A stretch of DNA of 34,430 nt from Octopus bimaculoides. Taxonomy: Eukaryota. Positions 10,291-23,470 of this stretch are shown here, one piece after another. Position 1 is the first letter of the stretch; every line of letters begins with the position of its first letter. A program made the position numbers and the translations under genes. Where the stretch lies: contig NC_068994.1 in assembly GCF_001194135.2 (NCBI RefSeq), forward strand, positions 27,422,405-27,456,834, read 5' to 3'. The notes under the pieces are model-generated. The model searched no databases and was not told the origin of the DNA. It saw only the letters and a program-made list of their open reading frames with translations.

Positions 10291-10885
10291 AAGATCAGCT
10301 TTGCCTATCCCCCCAGAGTTGATAAAATAAGTAATCAAGTCCTGGGCTCATTACATTGACATGCCTCACCTCTCAAAATTGCTGACCTTGTGCCAAAATT
10401 AGAAAGAATTATTATTATTACTGTTGTTTTTGTTGTCATCATCATTCTTATTATTAAAGTGACGAGCTAGCAGACTCATTAGAAGTTTAGTGGCATTTTG
10501 TTCAATTTTATGTTCTGAGTTCAAACTCCACTGAAGTCAACTTTGCTTTTCACCCTTTCAAGGTCAATGAAATAAGTACCAGTCAAATACTGGAATAAAT
10601 GTAATCAACTAACCCCTTCCCTCAAAATTTCAGGACCTGTGCCTATAGTAGAAAGGATCATTATTATTGTTGTTGTTGTTATAATTGCTAGTGCATCATA
10701 CAAAATATTTACTAACTTTTCTTCCAATTCATTTGGTCAATTTACCAAGGTCAATTTTGCCTTTCATCTTTTCAATGTCAATAAAAGTACTAGCCAAGTA
10801 CTGGGGTCATTGTAATCAACTTGCCCCTCTCCTAAAATTCTTGGCTGTTTATCAAAATTTGAAGCAATTATTATTATTATTGTTT
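10290..10885 (+). mobile_element. Cluster of three copies of a second tRNA-SINE family (partial 10290-10420, 10455-10680, partial 10730-10885)
   Basis: Shared TTTGCCTTTCA..AATAAGTACCAG..AAAATT..CCTTGTGCC core, GAGTTCAAA B-box and (ATT)n tails. Confidence 0.75.
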
Positions 10886-11760
10886 TACTTCTCAGACGGC
10901 TTGGTCTTGTTTGCTCTGGTTGATTTTGTGAGAGCAGACCACAGACTACTGTTAGAGGTCTCACAGGCTCTCTTTCCACACATATTAAGCTTTGATACTT
11001 GGTTGTTAATTATTGTGGAAGACATTCAACATCCAAGTACCAGTCTCAAAATTCTAGCAGTCCGCAGCAGAGCAGTTTTTTGAGCTTGCTCTACTCTCAT
11101 GTCAATTCCAGTTTCCCTGACATATGTCTTGAACTTGATTATTGAGTGCCTGTACAACTACTGGGATGACAGACACTCTCCTCATTGTACACATTCTTGC
11201 ATTTTCATCTGTTAGTAGTCTGTACTTTTCAATTTTTTCTAGTTCTTTGTCACTTATGCATGTATCCCCAGGTATTGCAATATCTATAGTCTCTGAGCAT
11301 CGATTAGGGATTCACATTGGATTGTATCTTATGTTCCTCATTCTCAATGACTCCTTCTGGTTCCTGTTCTTATCATTTCTGTGCTCTGTCCACGCCGTAC
11401 TTTTCACTTAGCTTCCAGTGGACAAACTTAACCACGTTATCATGCCCCCTTTTGTAGTGTTATTGGGTCAGCTTGCTACACTCACTCACAATATGTAAGA
11501 TCTCTTTTTGCTCCACACATCCTACAAAGGGGTGATTTGCTGCTTTTATCTATTTAGAACTTGATGTAATTAGTTCTCAGAGCTTGTTCCTGGATGCTAC
11601 ATATCAATGCCTCAGTGCATCCTTTCAGATCACTCATTCTTAGCCATCTCCAATTGTTGGTCTTGTCTTTTCCTTTGATTTCTCTGAGATATTGCCCATG
11701 CAGTGGTTTCATTTTCCAATTGTTTATTCTTTCTTCATCCTGTTTATTCTTTCTTCATCA
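10885..11760 (-). mobile_element. R4/Dong-clade LINE 3' fragment (CCHC region + restriction-like endonuclease)
   Basis: Minus strand DLKGCTEALICSIQEQALRTNYIK...CRMCG, HDNV, DIAIPGDTCISDKELEKIEKY...VIPVVV. Confidence 0.75.
11721..11760. repeat. 20-bp tandem duplication TGTTTATTCTTTCTTCATC(C/A)
   Basis: 11721-11740 repeated at 11741-11760. Confidence 0.9.
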
Positions 11761-12014
11761 CATTTTTGGTATTGTTAATTCTAACAGTGGCAAGCAAGGA
11801 TTGTGTGTTCCTTTTTGTTGTTGGGGGAATGCAAACTCTGTCTGGCATTGTACTGCTTCAGTTTGTTTTGTTATGGGGTTTGGTTGCAGTCTTTTTTTTG
11901 TATTAGTGTTTGTATTGTGTGTTATGTATGTAATGCGAGCTGTTTTCTTCTGTTGGGTATCCAACCTGTAGTGTTGGGTATCTATATTATTATTATTATT
12001 ATTTCAGTTTACAC

Positions 12015-12435
12015 AGCTTTAGATTTCACTCGCTTTGCCTAATTCTGCAAGAACCTATTGTCAACAAACGACTGGCAACAACCTGTTGCCAAGGGTCTCA
12101 CAGGTTCTACTTAACATCCAAGTACCAGTTTCAAAATTCTTACTGTCCCCAATAAAGCAGTTCTCTGAGGCTGTTTCATATTTTTTATGCCACACATCCT
12201 ACAAAGGGGAAATTCACTACTCTTGCCTATTTGGAACTTTGTGTAATTAGTTCTCAGAACTTGTTCCTGGGTACTGAATATCAATGCCTCAGTGCATACT
12301 TTCAGAACATTTTCGCTTAGTCATCTCTGGGTGTTGGTCTCAACTTATTGTGCTCAGTTTTCCAACCCACCATACTTCTCTTCAGAAAACATGTTACATT
12401 CCTTGCAAGTTCAAACATATCTAAGCACTCAATGA

Positions 12436-12445
<10 letters not shown>
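12015..12445 (-). mobile_element. Second R4/Dong 3' fragment, internally deleted
   Basis: ~12108-12140 matches ~11028-11058 (3' end) and 12188-12305 matches 11515-11640. The RLE between them is missing. Flanked by (ATT)n. Confidence 0.7.
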
Positions 12446-12496
<51 letters not shown>

Positions 12497-12735
12497 AGGT
12501 GGTGAGCTGGCAGAATTGTTAGCATGCTGGGCAAAATGCATAGTGGCATTTCATACATCTTTACATTTTGAGTTCAAATTCTGCTGAGGTCGACTTAGCC
12601 TTTCATCCTTTTGGTATTGATAAAATAAGTACCAGTTCAGCACTGGGATGCTGGAGTCGATGTAATTGAATTACTCCTCTTTAAAATTGCTGGCCTTGTG
12701 CAAAAATTTGAAACCATTATTATTATTTCTATTAT
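12497..12735 (+). mobile_element. tRNA-SINE, second family, near full length
   Basis: GGTGGTGAGCTGGCAGAATTGTTAGCA head, GAGTTCAAATTC B-box, (ATT)n tail. Confidence 0.8.
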
Positions 12736-14233
12736 TATTTTTGTTTTTGCCATAATACATGAAGATACACTAATTTTCAGTGACACCAAAAGTTTTTGCT
12801 AAAATTTCCCACTTTTCCATCCTCTTGAGAGCTTCTTTTCTAGATTTAAATTTCTTCATTGTGAAGAGGAGTACTCCTCCTCCACCTGGATGTAGTTGTT
12901 TTTATGCAGCAACACCCTAATATCAGTGACAGACATTTTGATTTTTTTTTCTCAGGAACAAAAAAGGAGACATTAACATATTTGATAAAATATTTGAGCT
13001 AGTAAAAGAAAAAAAGAAAACTGAAAGAAAGAGAGGGATTCTTTTTTGCAAAGTCTGGTGTTCTTCAGGCTACAACTGAAAAGATAACAATGTCATTGTC
13101 ATGGTGCCAAAGACAAAGCTAAATAATGATAAAAGCAAAACAGTTGCACAAACACTACCACCATCATCACTTCCACCACCAACAAATCAAAAGGAACAGA
13201 AACAACAACATCAACAATAGCAAAGATTTCAGAGCTAGCTTGATAATCTGAAGGGAGATAACATTAAGAACAACACTGCCTTCACAACCATCCCAATAAC
13301 AAGTGGCAACTTTACCATCTCTTTCACCATCACTATTATCATGTCTACCTTGTTTACTGTGGCTTCTGAAAACCCCACTAACAGCAGCAAAAGAATTAGT
13401 GGGAACACAAAGGAATGTAGGGACAAATTTCCCAAATTAATGACCATAAATAATACAAATCACAACAGCACTAACGTAATTAATATCTCCTGCTCCACCC
13501 CCATTAGCAACATTACACAAAGAAAGGAGATACCAGTATATCGAATGTATACTTTTGGGTGACATACATGAGATGTGAACAATAACTTATGATTTTGAAA
13601 TCCAGAAAGATTCTTTGCAAGTATCACATGACATTTTGGAGAAAAAAGCCTGAGAAATAGTGGTGTAACTGTGTGCATTGATTAAGAACTGACAAGTAGA
13701 AATAGCTCTCTAGTAGACTATACAGTCAACAACCAAGATCTTACTTATTCATACCTCACTTACTATCATACAATGAATGTACAGTTACCCTTAATTTCTT
13801 TTCACATCCATTTTTTGCTCTTCTGTTTCTGTTTGCTCTAAAAAGTTATACACTATTTGCAATTTGGTCAATTAATAATTACCAGAGATGTATTAAGCAT
13901 ATAACAGTTTTATAATTACTGACTTCTCCACCCTTTTTCTTTATCCTTCTATATTAGCACTGTCTTGCCTTTTGTCATCCGTATTGGTGTTCCGTTTTTG
14001 ATGCAGTCAGTCACAAACAGCTGTATGCAGCTGTACATGCTTGAAAAATCTTTAAGCCAAAATCCTTGAACACCATTATTGTCCCAGGGTTTTCCAGTTT
14101 GATATCATTTTAAGCATCTTTTTCATTTTCACATCTGTAATATTTATATTTTCTGATTTTTAGTTTCCATTTCACTTTTAAATTAAAATTCATTTTCTTG
14201 TTATGTTGAACCACTTTGCTCCAAATATCTGAC

Positions 14234-14575
14234 TGTTATAATGTGAGATCCTTGTCCACTTATATGTCATTGTCACCACTGTAATGTTCTTGTCACCACT
14301 ATTATGTTGTGGTGGTATTCCACATTTTATTATCTTTAACTTGTCTGCCGTGCTGTCACTGATAGTTCCAGAGGACAATGACTTTGAAACATCTACCTTG
14401 ACAGTAACTTGAACTCATATATATATCACGTAACTGACACTGACTCTAACTGAGAACTTGTACAACAACTCTACTACTGACACTCCTACAATGACTGACT
14501 GTCTGACTGACTTTATAGTGGCTGCTTCATACCAGTTTGTCACATGGGAAGGGGAGTACCATTTTCACTACATCT
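14234..14575 (-). repeat. 3' LTR of Gypsy
   Basis: Aligns to 18751-19049 (e.g. GACAATGACTTTGAAACATCTACC; CACRTAACTGACACTGACTC). Purine run GGGGCAGA precedes it on the minus strand. Confidence 0.8.
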
Positions 14576-17500
14576 GCCCCATTAGTTTTTTTTGTCATTG
14601 GCAAGCAAATAGTTTTATTTTATTTTAATTCCTCCCCCCTTCTCCCTTTTTAGGTTTTTTTTTTCCAATTTAATTTTTTTTTTTCTTTTTGGCATCTATT
14701 TGTAGGAACTCTGTTCTTCCTTTTTCTTCCACTTGTACATGTGGATTCAACCACTTGCAATGGTGTTGGTACCAGGAATATGTCATACAGTCATTCCATA
14801 GGTTTTAAACTGCCTGGTTCATTTTCTATGAATCTCTTCTTCAGTTGGTTTCTGTGTCTTTTTCCAATACTTTTTCTGCTTTTAATTCCATACATCATTT
14901 TTCCTATGTACTTTGTAATTTTTCCTTCCCAGTATCATTTTCCATTTTTATATGACTTCATGTGCACCTTATCACCAATTTTGAAAAATTTTGAATTGTC
15001 TTTTCAGGTACTTTTTCTTTCCTTGCTAGGTAACAGTTTATCAAAAACTGATTTCACCTTCTTTGCAAACATTAGTTCTGCTGGTGTATTGAGGTTCAGT
15101 GTCACCCTGTATACCCTTAGGAATTTCTGCAGAGCGACTTTGTCTGTGATTCCTTGTTTGCTTCTCTCAAAGCTCTTTTAAAAGTGTCCACAAAACACTC
15201 TGCCTGTTCATTTTATCTGGGATGGTAAGGCGCTATCATTTATGTTTTACCATGAACATTTCGCAGAATTTTCTAAATTCACTGGACACAAATTCTGTTC
15301 CATTATCAGATACAAACACGTCAGGGGTGCCAAATCTTGCGAATAATTTGTACAAAAGATCTATTACTATTTTGGAGGCTGGTCTTTTGTACTTAACAAT
15401 TTCCAGCCATTTTGTAAAACTGTCAACTGCTACTAAGTAGTAATAACCATTTAATGAACCCGCAAAATCAATGTGTGGTCTTGACCATGGACTTTTTACT
15501 TCTGGCTAAGGCTCCCATTTTTGAGCAGGCAATTTCTCTGCCAGAGCACATCCTCTGCAGCCTTTTACTCCGTTTTCAACTTCCTTGTCCATCTTAGGCC
15601 AATACACATCACTGCACATAAGCGCTTTCACCCTTGTGATCCCCAGATGTCCAATATGGAATTCTTTCAACAAGTCTCATTACACTGTAGCATGTTGAAT
15701 ATACATTTACCTGTTGCTATTTTTTCTTACTGAACCCATTTTTGTTTACTTTAGCTGATCACAGAGATTTTTTGTTTTATTAATGAACTTATCTTTTGAT
15801 GTGTGTTACTTTATCTCCTCCAGAGTTATTGGTAACTCTTGTACAATGTTCCACATTATGTGTTTAATTTCTCCTTTGGCTCTTAGGGCTGCTATTACTG
15901 TGTCCTCGAATGGTTTGCCATTTCTGGGTATTAACCTGGATAGGCAGTCAGCATGTCCTAGCTATTTCCTAGCTATTTCCATTGTGTAGTCAGAGTTTAG
16001 TTGTATGGTACCCCATCGCTGCAACCTGTTTGTTGTTTGTACTGGGGATTCCTTTCTTGGATCCATAAATCATTAGGAATGGGTCTGTTTGTAGCTTAAA
16101 CTGTCTATCAGGTATATACCTGTGGAACTTTTTTATGCCGTATATAATTGCCAATACCTCTTTTTTGATTTGGCTATAATTTTTTTTCCACTGGCAATAG
16201 CATCTTTGATGTGTTAGCTATGGCCTTTTGACTGCCATCTTCACAGCACCTACCTGATACTAACTAGCATCTGTTGCAAGTATCATTTCTGATTTCAGAT
16301 CGAAGTGTGTAAGTGACAAGTCTGAAGTTAACATCCTTTTTAGTTATTCAAATGCTTTCTGATATTTTTCTGACCAAAACCATTTAGCATCCTTTTTTAA
16401 CACCTTGTTTAGTGGAGTCCTTGTATTGTGTATGTTCGGAATACATACTTGATAGTAATTTACCAAGCCTAAAAATGCTTGTAGCAATTTGACATTCATT
16501 AGGAGAGGCATATTCCATATTGCTGTTGCCCTTGATGGGTCTGACCTTCATTCCTTTTCCTCAATTATTTTACCTAAATATTTGATTTTTTTCATAAAAA
16601 AATTCACACTTTTCCTCTGTTAATCTAAACCCATATTCATTTATTTTTCCAAACACTTTTTTAATATGTTCGAATTGTTGCTCCACCAACTCACTCTTTA
16701 TCAAAATATCATCGAGACAAACGATAGCAAAGTCGCAATTATTTAACATTGCGTCCATCACTTGTTGGAATGTGGCAGGTGCCACTTTTACTCCAAAAAG
16801 AAGCCGCTTGAATTTATACAATCCACGATGTATGTCGATTGTTAAAAGGTGTGCGCAATCTTCCTCTACCTGTATCTGTAGATAGACCTCCAAGAGGTCT
16901 AACTTCAAGAAATTTTTTCCTCCATTTAGTTTTAAGAACACTTCTGGGCTTCGTGATGGATAATTGTGTTCGACTAAACAGTCATTTAATCCAGTTGAAA
17001 AGTCTGTACACACTCTTAGTTCATGATTTTTTTCTTTACATAAACCATCAAAGCTGCCCAGTCTGAATGGTCAATTTTTTCAGTTATATCTAGACTTTCT
17101 AGGCTTTCCAGCTCATTATTGATGTGGTATAATGCTGCAAATGGCAAGTTCAATTTGGGTCTAAAAACAGGTGTTGCCATTTCTTTTGCCGTGATCCTCA
17201 CTTTTGTTTTAGTGCAACAGACTAATCCTTCCAAAAAAACATTTGGAAACAGTTTTTTTATTTTTTGTCTCAGTTGTTCGACTTCATTCAAACTTTTGAT
17301 TGTGCTGATTACATTTTAACAGAGAACACTAATGGGAGTATCCCACATTTTAAATAACTCCATGTATTCTGTGCCAAATAAGTTTGGTGACTTTTTCAAC
17401 ACATAAATGATTGTCTTTTCGTTTCACTTCAAAAAGTTACATTGCAAATACATTTGTCGATGAAATATAATTTCTTTCCTGTAACACCATATGCTACTTT

Positions 17501-18750
17501 ATTTGATTTAAATAATTTTGGCTTATTGGTTTGTCGCCATGTTTCTTCATTTATGATAGTGATGCTACTACTCATGTCTAATTGCATTTTGACACTAGTG
17601 GTTTCAATTCTCACCTTGGTGAATTTTCAGTTTGTTGTACAAACTTTTTTCTTTCATGACAAACTAATAATTTTTTCTCGTTTGGTCCAATTTTTCATCA
17701 TCTTAGTTCTGCAGTGCAATTTAATGTATCCTGTGTTCCCACAACAAAAACACTTTGCTTTTTTGAACAGATACTCTTTTTTCAGGTGCCTACCACTGCA
17801 TGCCATACATGGGTTTATCTCCTGTTGTATACCATATTTTTTGTGAAACACTTTATCCGTCTTCTGCCTCTTCCATACTGGTTTTATCTGTAAACAACCT
17901 CTGCATTGGATTTCTTCTGTGTTGTGACTTATTTCTAATATCATATCACACTTTTCTGACAGTTTCTGGAGTGTTATATCCTGATTCATTTCCAGCTTTG
18001 CGAGAATTTTCATTCTGACTTCTGCATCCTTTTTAGCAGTAAGTACCTGGGAAAAAATCAAGCACTTGAACAAGTCTGAAGTTTGTTTATCCAGTTTAAA
18101 TCCCTCGACTCTCTGTTCACTCTACCCACATATGTGATAAAGTTTTCATCATCACTTTTCTCAGTGTTTTGTGTGTTGAACAACAATGTTTTTCACTAAA
18201 CATCCTACAAAGAATGTCAACTGTGTCTGTGAAATTTATGTCAGAAACTTTTTTAGGCAATATAAAGTTACAGTATTTTTCATGCCCCATTGTCACCAGT
18301 TTCCTCAGAATTAGATGCGTTTTCATTTTGTCCATCCAGTCTTGGCATTCTTTCTCAAAAATTTGTTCAAATCTTCAGTAATATGCCTCAAAGGTGACTC
18401 TTTCTTCCAGGACATATTTAAATTCATTTATTGAATATGCTACATGGTCTGACAAAAATGTATTTTCTGGTTTTATTACCAACTTCATTAGCTGTAGCAT
18501 TTGTTGCTGTAACATTTGTTGTTCTTTGAGTTGTCGTTGTTGTTGTTTTTGCAACTCAGCTAGACCCTCTAACAAGTTTTCCATAATTTTATGGATTTTT
18601 CGTAAAATATGTACAACAACATTTGTTACTTTTTTGTTGAGTATTTAATTACTCCATGTGGAAAATTTTTCAATGTTGTCCACATGAATTGTTTATTTTC
18701 TTGTAAAAAATATTTATTTTTTCAACATTGTCCATGTGAATTGTTTATAT

Positions 18751-19049
18751 CCTTATAACTACTTGTCCGCTTGTATGTTATTGTTGGCACTGTAATATTC
18801 TTGTTGCCACTGTTATGTTGTGGTAGTATTCTGTGTCTTATTATTTTTGACTCATCTATCATGCTATTGCTGATAGCTCTGCAAGACAATGACTTTGAAA
18901 CATCTACCCTGATGGTAGCTTGTACTCATATATATCACATAACTGACACTGACTCCAACCGAGAACTCATATAAAGACTCTACTACTACTGACACGCCTA
19001 CAACAACTAACTGTTGCATAGAAAGGGGAGTACTATTTTCACTGCAACA
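18751..19049 (-). repeat. 5' LTR of Gypsy
   Basis: Diverged homologue of 14234-14575, ~40 bp shorter. Inner boundary approximate. Confidence 0.8.
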
Positions 19050-19544
19050 CTGACCTAAAATTCTTTGCTGCTTCAGCATTTGTCACACCATTCCCCTACT
19101 GCTCATTCTCATTGTTCAGCTGTTGGTAAAATTTCCTTTCATTGTTTCTGAATAGCCTGTTCTACTGGTATTGGTTTATTTTTTAATGGTAACCAGCTGT
19201 TTTACCTGATATTGCCATAATTAATTTGTTTTATCTCTTCTCTAGCTACCTGCTTATCTTTACCATCTTCTTTTAAGTTACAGCATTTATTTTCTCAAGA
19301 GTTCTAATGAGCTGTTTAACTTGATTCTCATGTCCCCATTTTCATCTATGGATTTTTGTCCCTTGATTTTCCTTGACTTTTAACTTCAAGAATTTCCACA
19401 GCAGCAGAGGCTGCGCAGTATATAAAGTTATCTGGGTCAGTCATATTTTCAACATGAATTTTTGTTAACATCTTATCCAGTATATGGATAACGAGCAGGC
19501 CCATCTTCCTGCATAGTAGAATACTGGTTGTGTAAGAGACCTTT

Positions 19545-22500
19545 ATTTGGGGATCACTGTTAGTATTAGTAACTCAGGTCTTGTTGGAACTCCTGGAGGT
19601 CTTAAATGCATAGCAGGCTTGCTGCCTGCAGCCTGCAGTACCTGGCTATTTGTTCTTTTCAACTATCTAATACTTTCTTGATTATCCTGGCTGTGTTAAA
19701 GATGCAACCCTTTTGTTTTACTGGATGCTCTATTCTGATTTCCTTTATATTCTTCTTGATGTCTTCTGATACTGTCTCCAAAGATCCAATAATAATTGGC
19801 AATATCTTCACCTTCTTCATTTTCCATAGCTGAGCTTTATAGTATTTAAGAGGATTGTATTCATTTATCTTTATGTCTTCCTTCTTGACTATTTGCGGAT
19901 CAAGGGGGCGCACAACATCAGCTATATAGCACATGTGGTGCACCTTGTCCAACACCACAAGGTCCAGTTTGTTATGTTCTAGGCCCTGATCTGTTTGGAT
20001 TGGGAAATCTCACAAGATTTTGCAGGCCTCCAGCTCCACCATCTTACTGTTTGTACTCATACCACATCTTACCTCTCTTTAGACCCCACTTTTCACACAG
20101 TTTTCATTAGTACTTCAACTACCTCATCATGTCACCACAACTTATAATGATCTGGGGCAAGTTAAGGGTATTCAGGTACAATATGGCCAAGGATTTCGTC
20201 CACTCTATTACAGATGTGACACAGTGGAGACACTTGCTCATTCTTAAGGTTGACCTTCCAATTTGTTGCCAATGCTTGGTCTTGCAACTTCCAGTATGGT
20301 GCTCTCAGTCTCTTTTTTCAGTGCTCCTTTCTTCATCCAGTCCCACCTATGTTTTCCAGCAACTTCAGTTCTGGCTACATGGAATTGATTATGTAGTCCC
20401 TTGTTGTGTAATGCTTCTTCATGCCCTTTTTGTACTTCTTGCTTGTTTTTCCTTTTTTTCTCTGCTTTCAATATTCTCTCATTCCAAACTGACACTAACA
20501 AGGTTTCCTTATTTTGGGAAAAGTTTCTCAGTAAGCTCCTGAGTTTGATACATACATAGTCTTTCACACTTATCAGCCTCCTTCTTCTATTTGCTCTCTT
20601 CATGTATAAGGGATCGGTGTCTGCATGTGGATAATAGGCTCCATGCATCATTGGGAGCTTTCTTGTCTTTCTATTCAACTCCTTTAGCTTCTCCTGTGTC
20701 CACTTCAGAATTCCAGCACTGTACCAAACTAGTGCGACTGTCATCATCATCATCATTTAACGTCCGTTTTCCATGCTGGCATGGGTTAGACGGTGTGACT
20801 GAGGTCTGGAGAGTCAGCAGCTGCACCAGGCTCCAATCTGATCTGGCAATATTTCTACTGCTGGATACCCTTCCTAATGCCAACCACTCCAAGAGTGCAG
20901 TGGGTGCTTTTTATGTGCCACCGGCATGGAAGCCAGTCAAGGGGCACTGGCCACAGCTACAACATTGGTTTTACTTGACACAACAGGTCTTCTCAAGCAT
21001 ATCATATCTCCTGATGTATCAGGGGTATTCTTAACAGCGCCAGACATGCGTGACTGCAGTCTCAGTCACAGCATATTTCCAAAGGTCCTGGTCTCCCATC
21101 ATTGCCTCTGTGAGGCCCAATGTTCGAAGGTCATGCTTCACTACCTCATCCTATGTCTTCTTGGGTCTACCTCTTCCACAGGTTCCTTCTACAGTTAGGG
21201 AGTAGCACTTCCTCACACAGCTGTCCTCATTCATACATAGCACATGACCATACCAGCACAGACGCCTCTCTTGCACACCACATTTGATGCTTCTTATGCC
21301 CAACTTTTCTCTCAGGGTGCTTACACTCTGTTGTGTAAGCACACTGACATTACACATCCAGCGGATCATACTAGCTTCATTTCTTTCAAGCCTACACATG
21401 TCTTCAGCATTCATGGCCCATGTTTCACTACCGTGTAGCATGGCAGTTCACACACATGCATCATACAGTCTACCTTCCACCCTGAGTGAGAGGCCCTTAG
21501 TTGCTAGCTCCCTGAACTTTGCCTAGGCTATTCTTATTCTCATCACCTCGGTAGCAGAAATTATTAAGTACTTCTAGTTTCTCCCCTTGGCATGTGATCG
21601 AATCTATTTTCTGTACATCTTCAGTGTTTATTGCCCCAGTGCATCAGCCACACACAAAAACTATTTTCCTGGTTAACCTTCCTTCGATATTGCTGCACCT
21701 TTTATGTGTCCATAGCTTACACCGGGTACATCATATGGAGTCCTACCCACACCTTTTCTACAGATCAAGCAGGGCCATCTACCTGAAGGGGGTTGTGATT
21801 TAACAGCCTTCCTACTTACTAAGACTTTGAGTTTTGATAGGTTAACCCTAAGGCACTTCAATTCTAGACCTTGGTTCCCCACCCTAAACTTCGTCTCCAG
21901 TTCTGGCAGTGACTCAACTATTAGAGCAAGGTCATCAGCATAGAGGAGCTCCCAGGGGCAACCTGTCTTGAATTCCACTGTTATTGCCTGGAGGACTATA
22001 ATGAATAAGAGTGGGCTGAGGACTGATCCTTGGTGAACCCCTACTTCTACTTGGAATTCTTCACTATACTTGTTGCCAACCCTCACCTTACTGACAGCAT
22101 CCCTGTACAGGGCTTGTACAGCTCTTACCAACCACTTGTCTATTCCCAGTTCCCACATTGATCACCAGATAAGGGATCGGGAGACCCTGTCAAAGGCTTT
22201 CTCCAAGTCAACAAAAGCTAAGTACAGAGGTTTATATTTGGCTAAGTATTTCTCCTGCAGTTGCCTTAACAGAAATATAGCATCAGTGGTGCTTCTGCCT
22301 GGCACAAAACCAAACTGCATCTAATCTAGGCTAACTCTCTCCCTAATTAGTTGGGTTATGACCCTTTCTGTAACTTTCATCGCCTGATCCAATAAGTTGA
22401 TACCCCTGTAGTTATTTCTATCTAAAGCATCACCTTTCCACTAGTAGCAGTTGACTATGTTGCTGCTACACCAGTCATTGGGTATGACTCCTTCACGAAC

Positions 22501-23470
22501 TACCCACTCTGCCTAATATTTTAAGCATCCCAGTGGTGTGCTTGAGTTTATTGCCAAAATTATGTTTCTGGTATTCAACTTTGAAACCAATATTTTTCTC
22601 ACTCACCGCAGGTACTCTTTCTTTGTCTTTTCATATTGTGTTTAATTTCAACTGCCTCAAGTATACCCAGGTATATATATCCAGATTCAGGTTCAATTAC
22701 CTTCATCATTTCAATTTGGTATATTCTTTCCGTCCTGACAGGCATTCCTCATCTCATCATCATTGTAGCAGATTTTGAGAGTCCAAACTCCATCTTGATA
22801 TCATTAAAGAAAATCCACACAGACTGGACTAGGCTGTCCAGTTCTGGCTCACCTTTTGTGAGCAGCTTCAAGTCATCCATAAATAGCAGGTGGTTCAGTT
22901 TTCCCTTACCACTTCCCTGATCATACCCCAACTTTGTCTTCTGCTGTATTTTACTCAAAGAGATCACTCCAAGCACAAAGATTAGTGAGGATACACTGCC
23001 ACCATGGAAGATTCCTCTCTTGGTTTTCACCTCTCCTAATACCTTATTCCCTGTTGTCAATTCAGTTCTGCAATATTTCATGCTGTTCCATATAAGGCTT
23101 CTTATGTATTCTGCTACTCCTTACATTTACATGATTCTTCTTGTCCAAGAGTGTGGTATCATATATGCTTTATGATAATCAATCCTTGCTATGCTCAGGT
23201 TTGTGTCTTTTTTTGCAGTTTATGATAATTAGATTATCCTTGGCACATAGGATCCTTGGCACATAGCAATGTCTTTCCTTTGTCATCCAGCTTGGTACTG
23301 TGCCTTCCTGCAAGCATCCATCTAGCTGTTGTGCTACTCCTATCATTTACTTTACTTGGTCTAAAGATTTTATTTCAGTATCTTAAGCAGTGAAATGCAG
23401 TCAGTCATTTTGATTCTGCATCATTAAAATGTTCTTCTGCTTGTTCCTGCATTCCTGTCTGTTTCATCCA
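19545..23470 (-). mobile_element. R4/Dong LINE (RT to RLE), interrupted by an RTE at 20741-22538
   Basis: LLFMDDLKL (22749-23081), AINS|..VALVWYSAGILKW across the insertion, KKETESTI, RLE C-terminus ILPIIIGSLETV...TARIIKKVL (19659-19958). Confidence 0.85.
20741..22538 (-). mobile_element. 5'-truncated RTE LINE (RT + 3' UTR + (GAT)n) nested in Dong
   Basis: FVDLEKAFDRVP, GVHQGSVLSPLLF, LLYADDLALI (21673-22158), LHGSETWAM (21151-21441). Same 3' terminus as 1-220. Confidence 0.9.

Larger units (their letters stand above)
14234..19049 (-). mobile_element. Decayed Ty3/Gypsy LTR retrotransposon, Mag-like
   Basis: TGTT...AACA termini with CTGAC TSD (14229-14233 / 19050-19054). Gag (HEKYCNFILPK, FKCLIF, C-C-H-C-type knuckles, ~17650-18584), protease (QLDMSSSITII), RT (CTDFSTGLN..CLDDILI, 16570-17013), RNase H (ATDAS..~16280-15940), integrase (HIDFAG..SDNGTEF, ~15690-15170). 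Confidence 0.9.
13790..19540 (-). mobile_element. R4/Dong LINE 5' portion (pre-RT and RT start), split by the Gypsy; pieces 19050-19540 and 13790-14233
   Basis: Reading AEAAKNF(R)|SDIWS is continuous across the Gypsy. Followed by SNWKP...GVQGFWLK and MTKGKTVLI..D..KG..VSNY. Ends near GCEKK (~13790). Confidence 0.75.

Noticed and set aside
14741-18648. Plus-strand hydrophobic ORFs over the Gypsy
   Set aside because: Antisense shadows of gag-pol.
18722-18750. Gypsy primer-binding site
   Set aside because: The TGG-like word is part of a duplicated leader repeat, and no tRNA complement could be assigned.
20735-22545. Target-site duplication for the RTE in Dong
   Set aside because: At most 2 bp shared at the junctions; not supportable.
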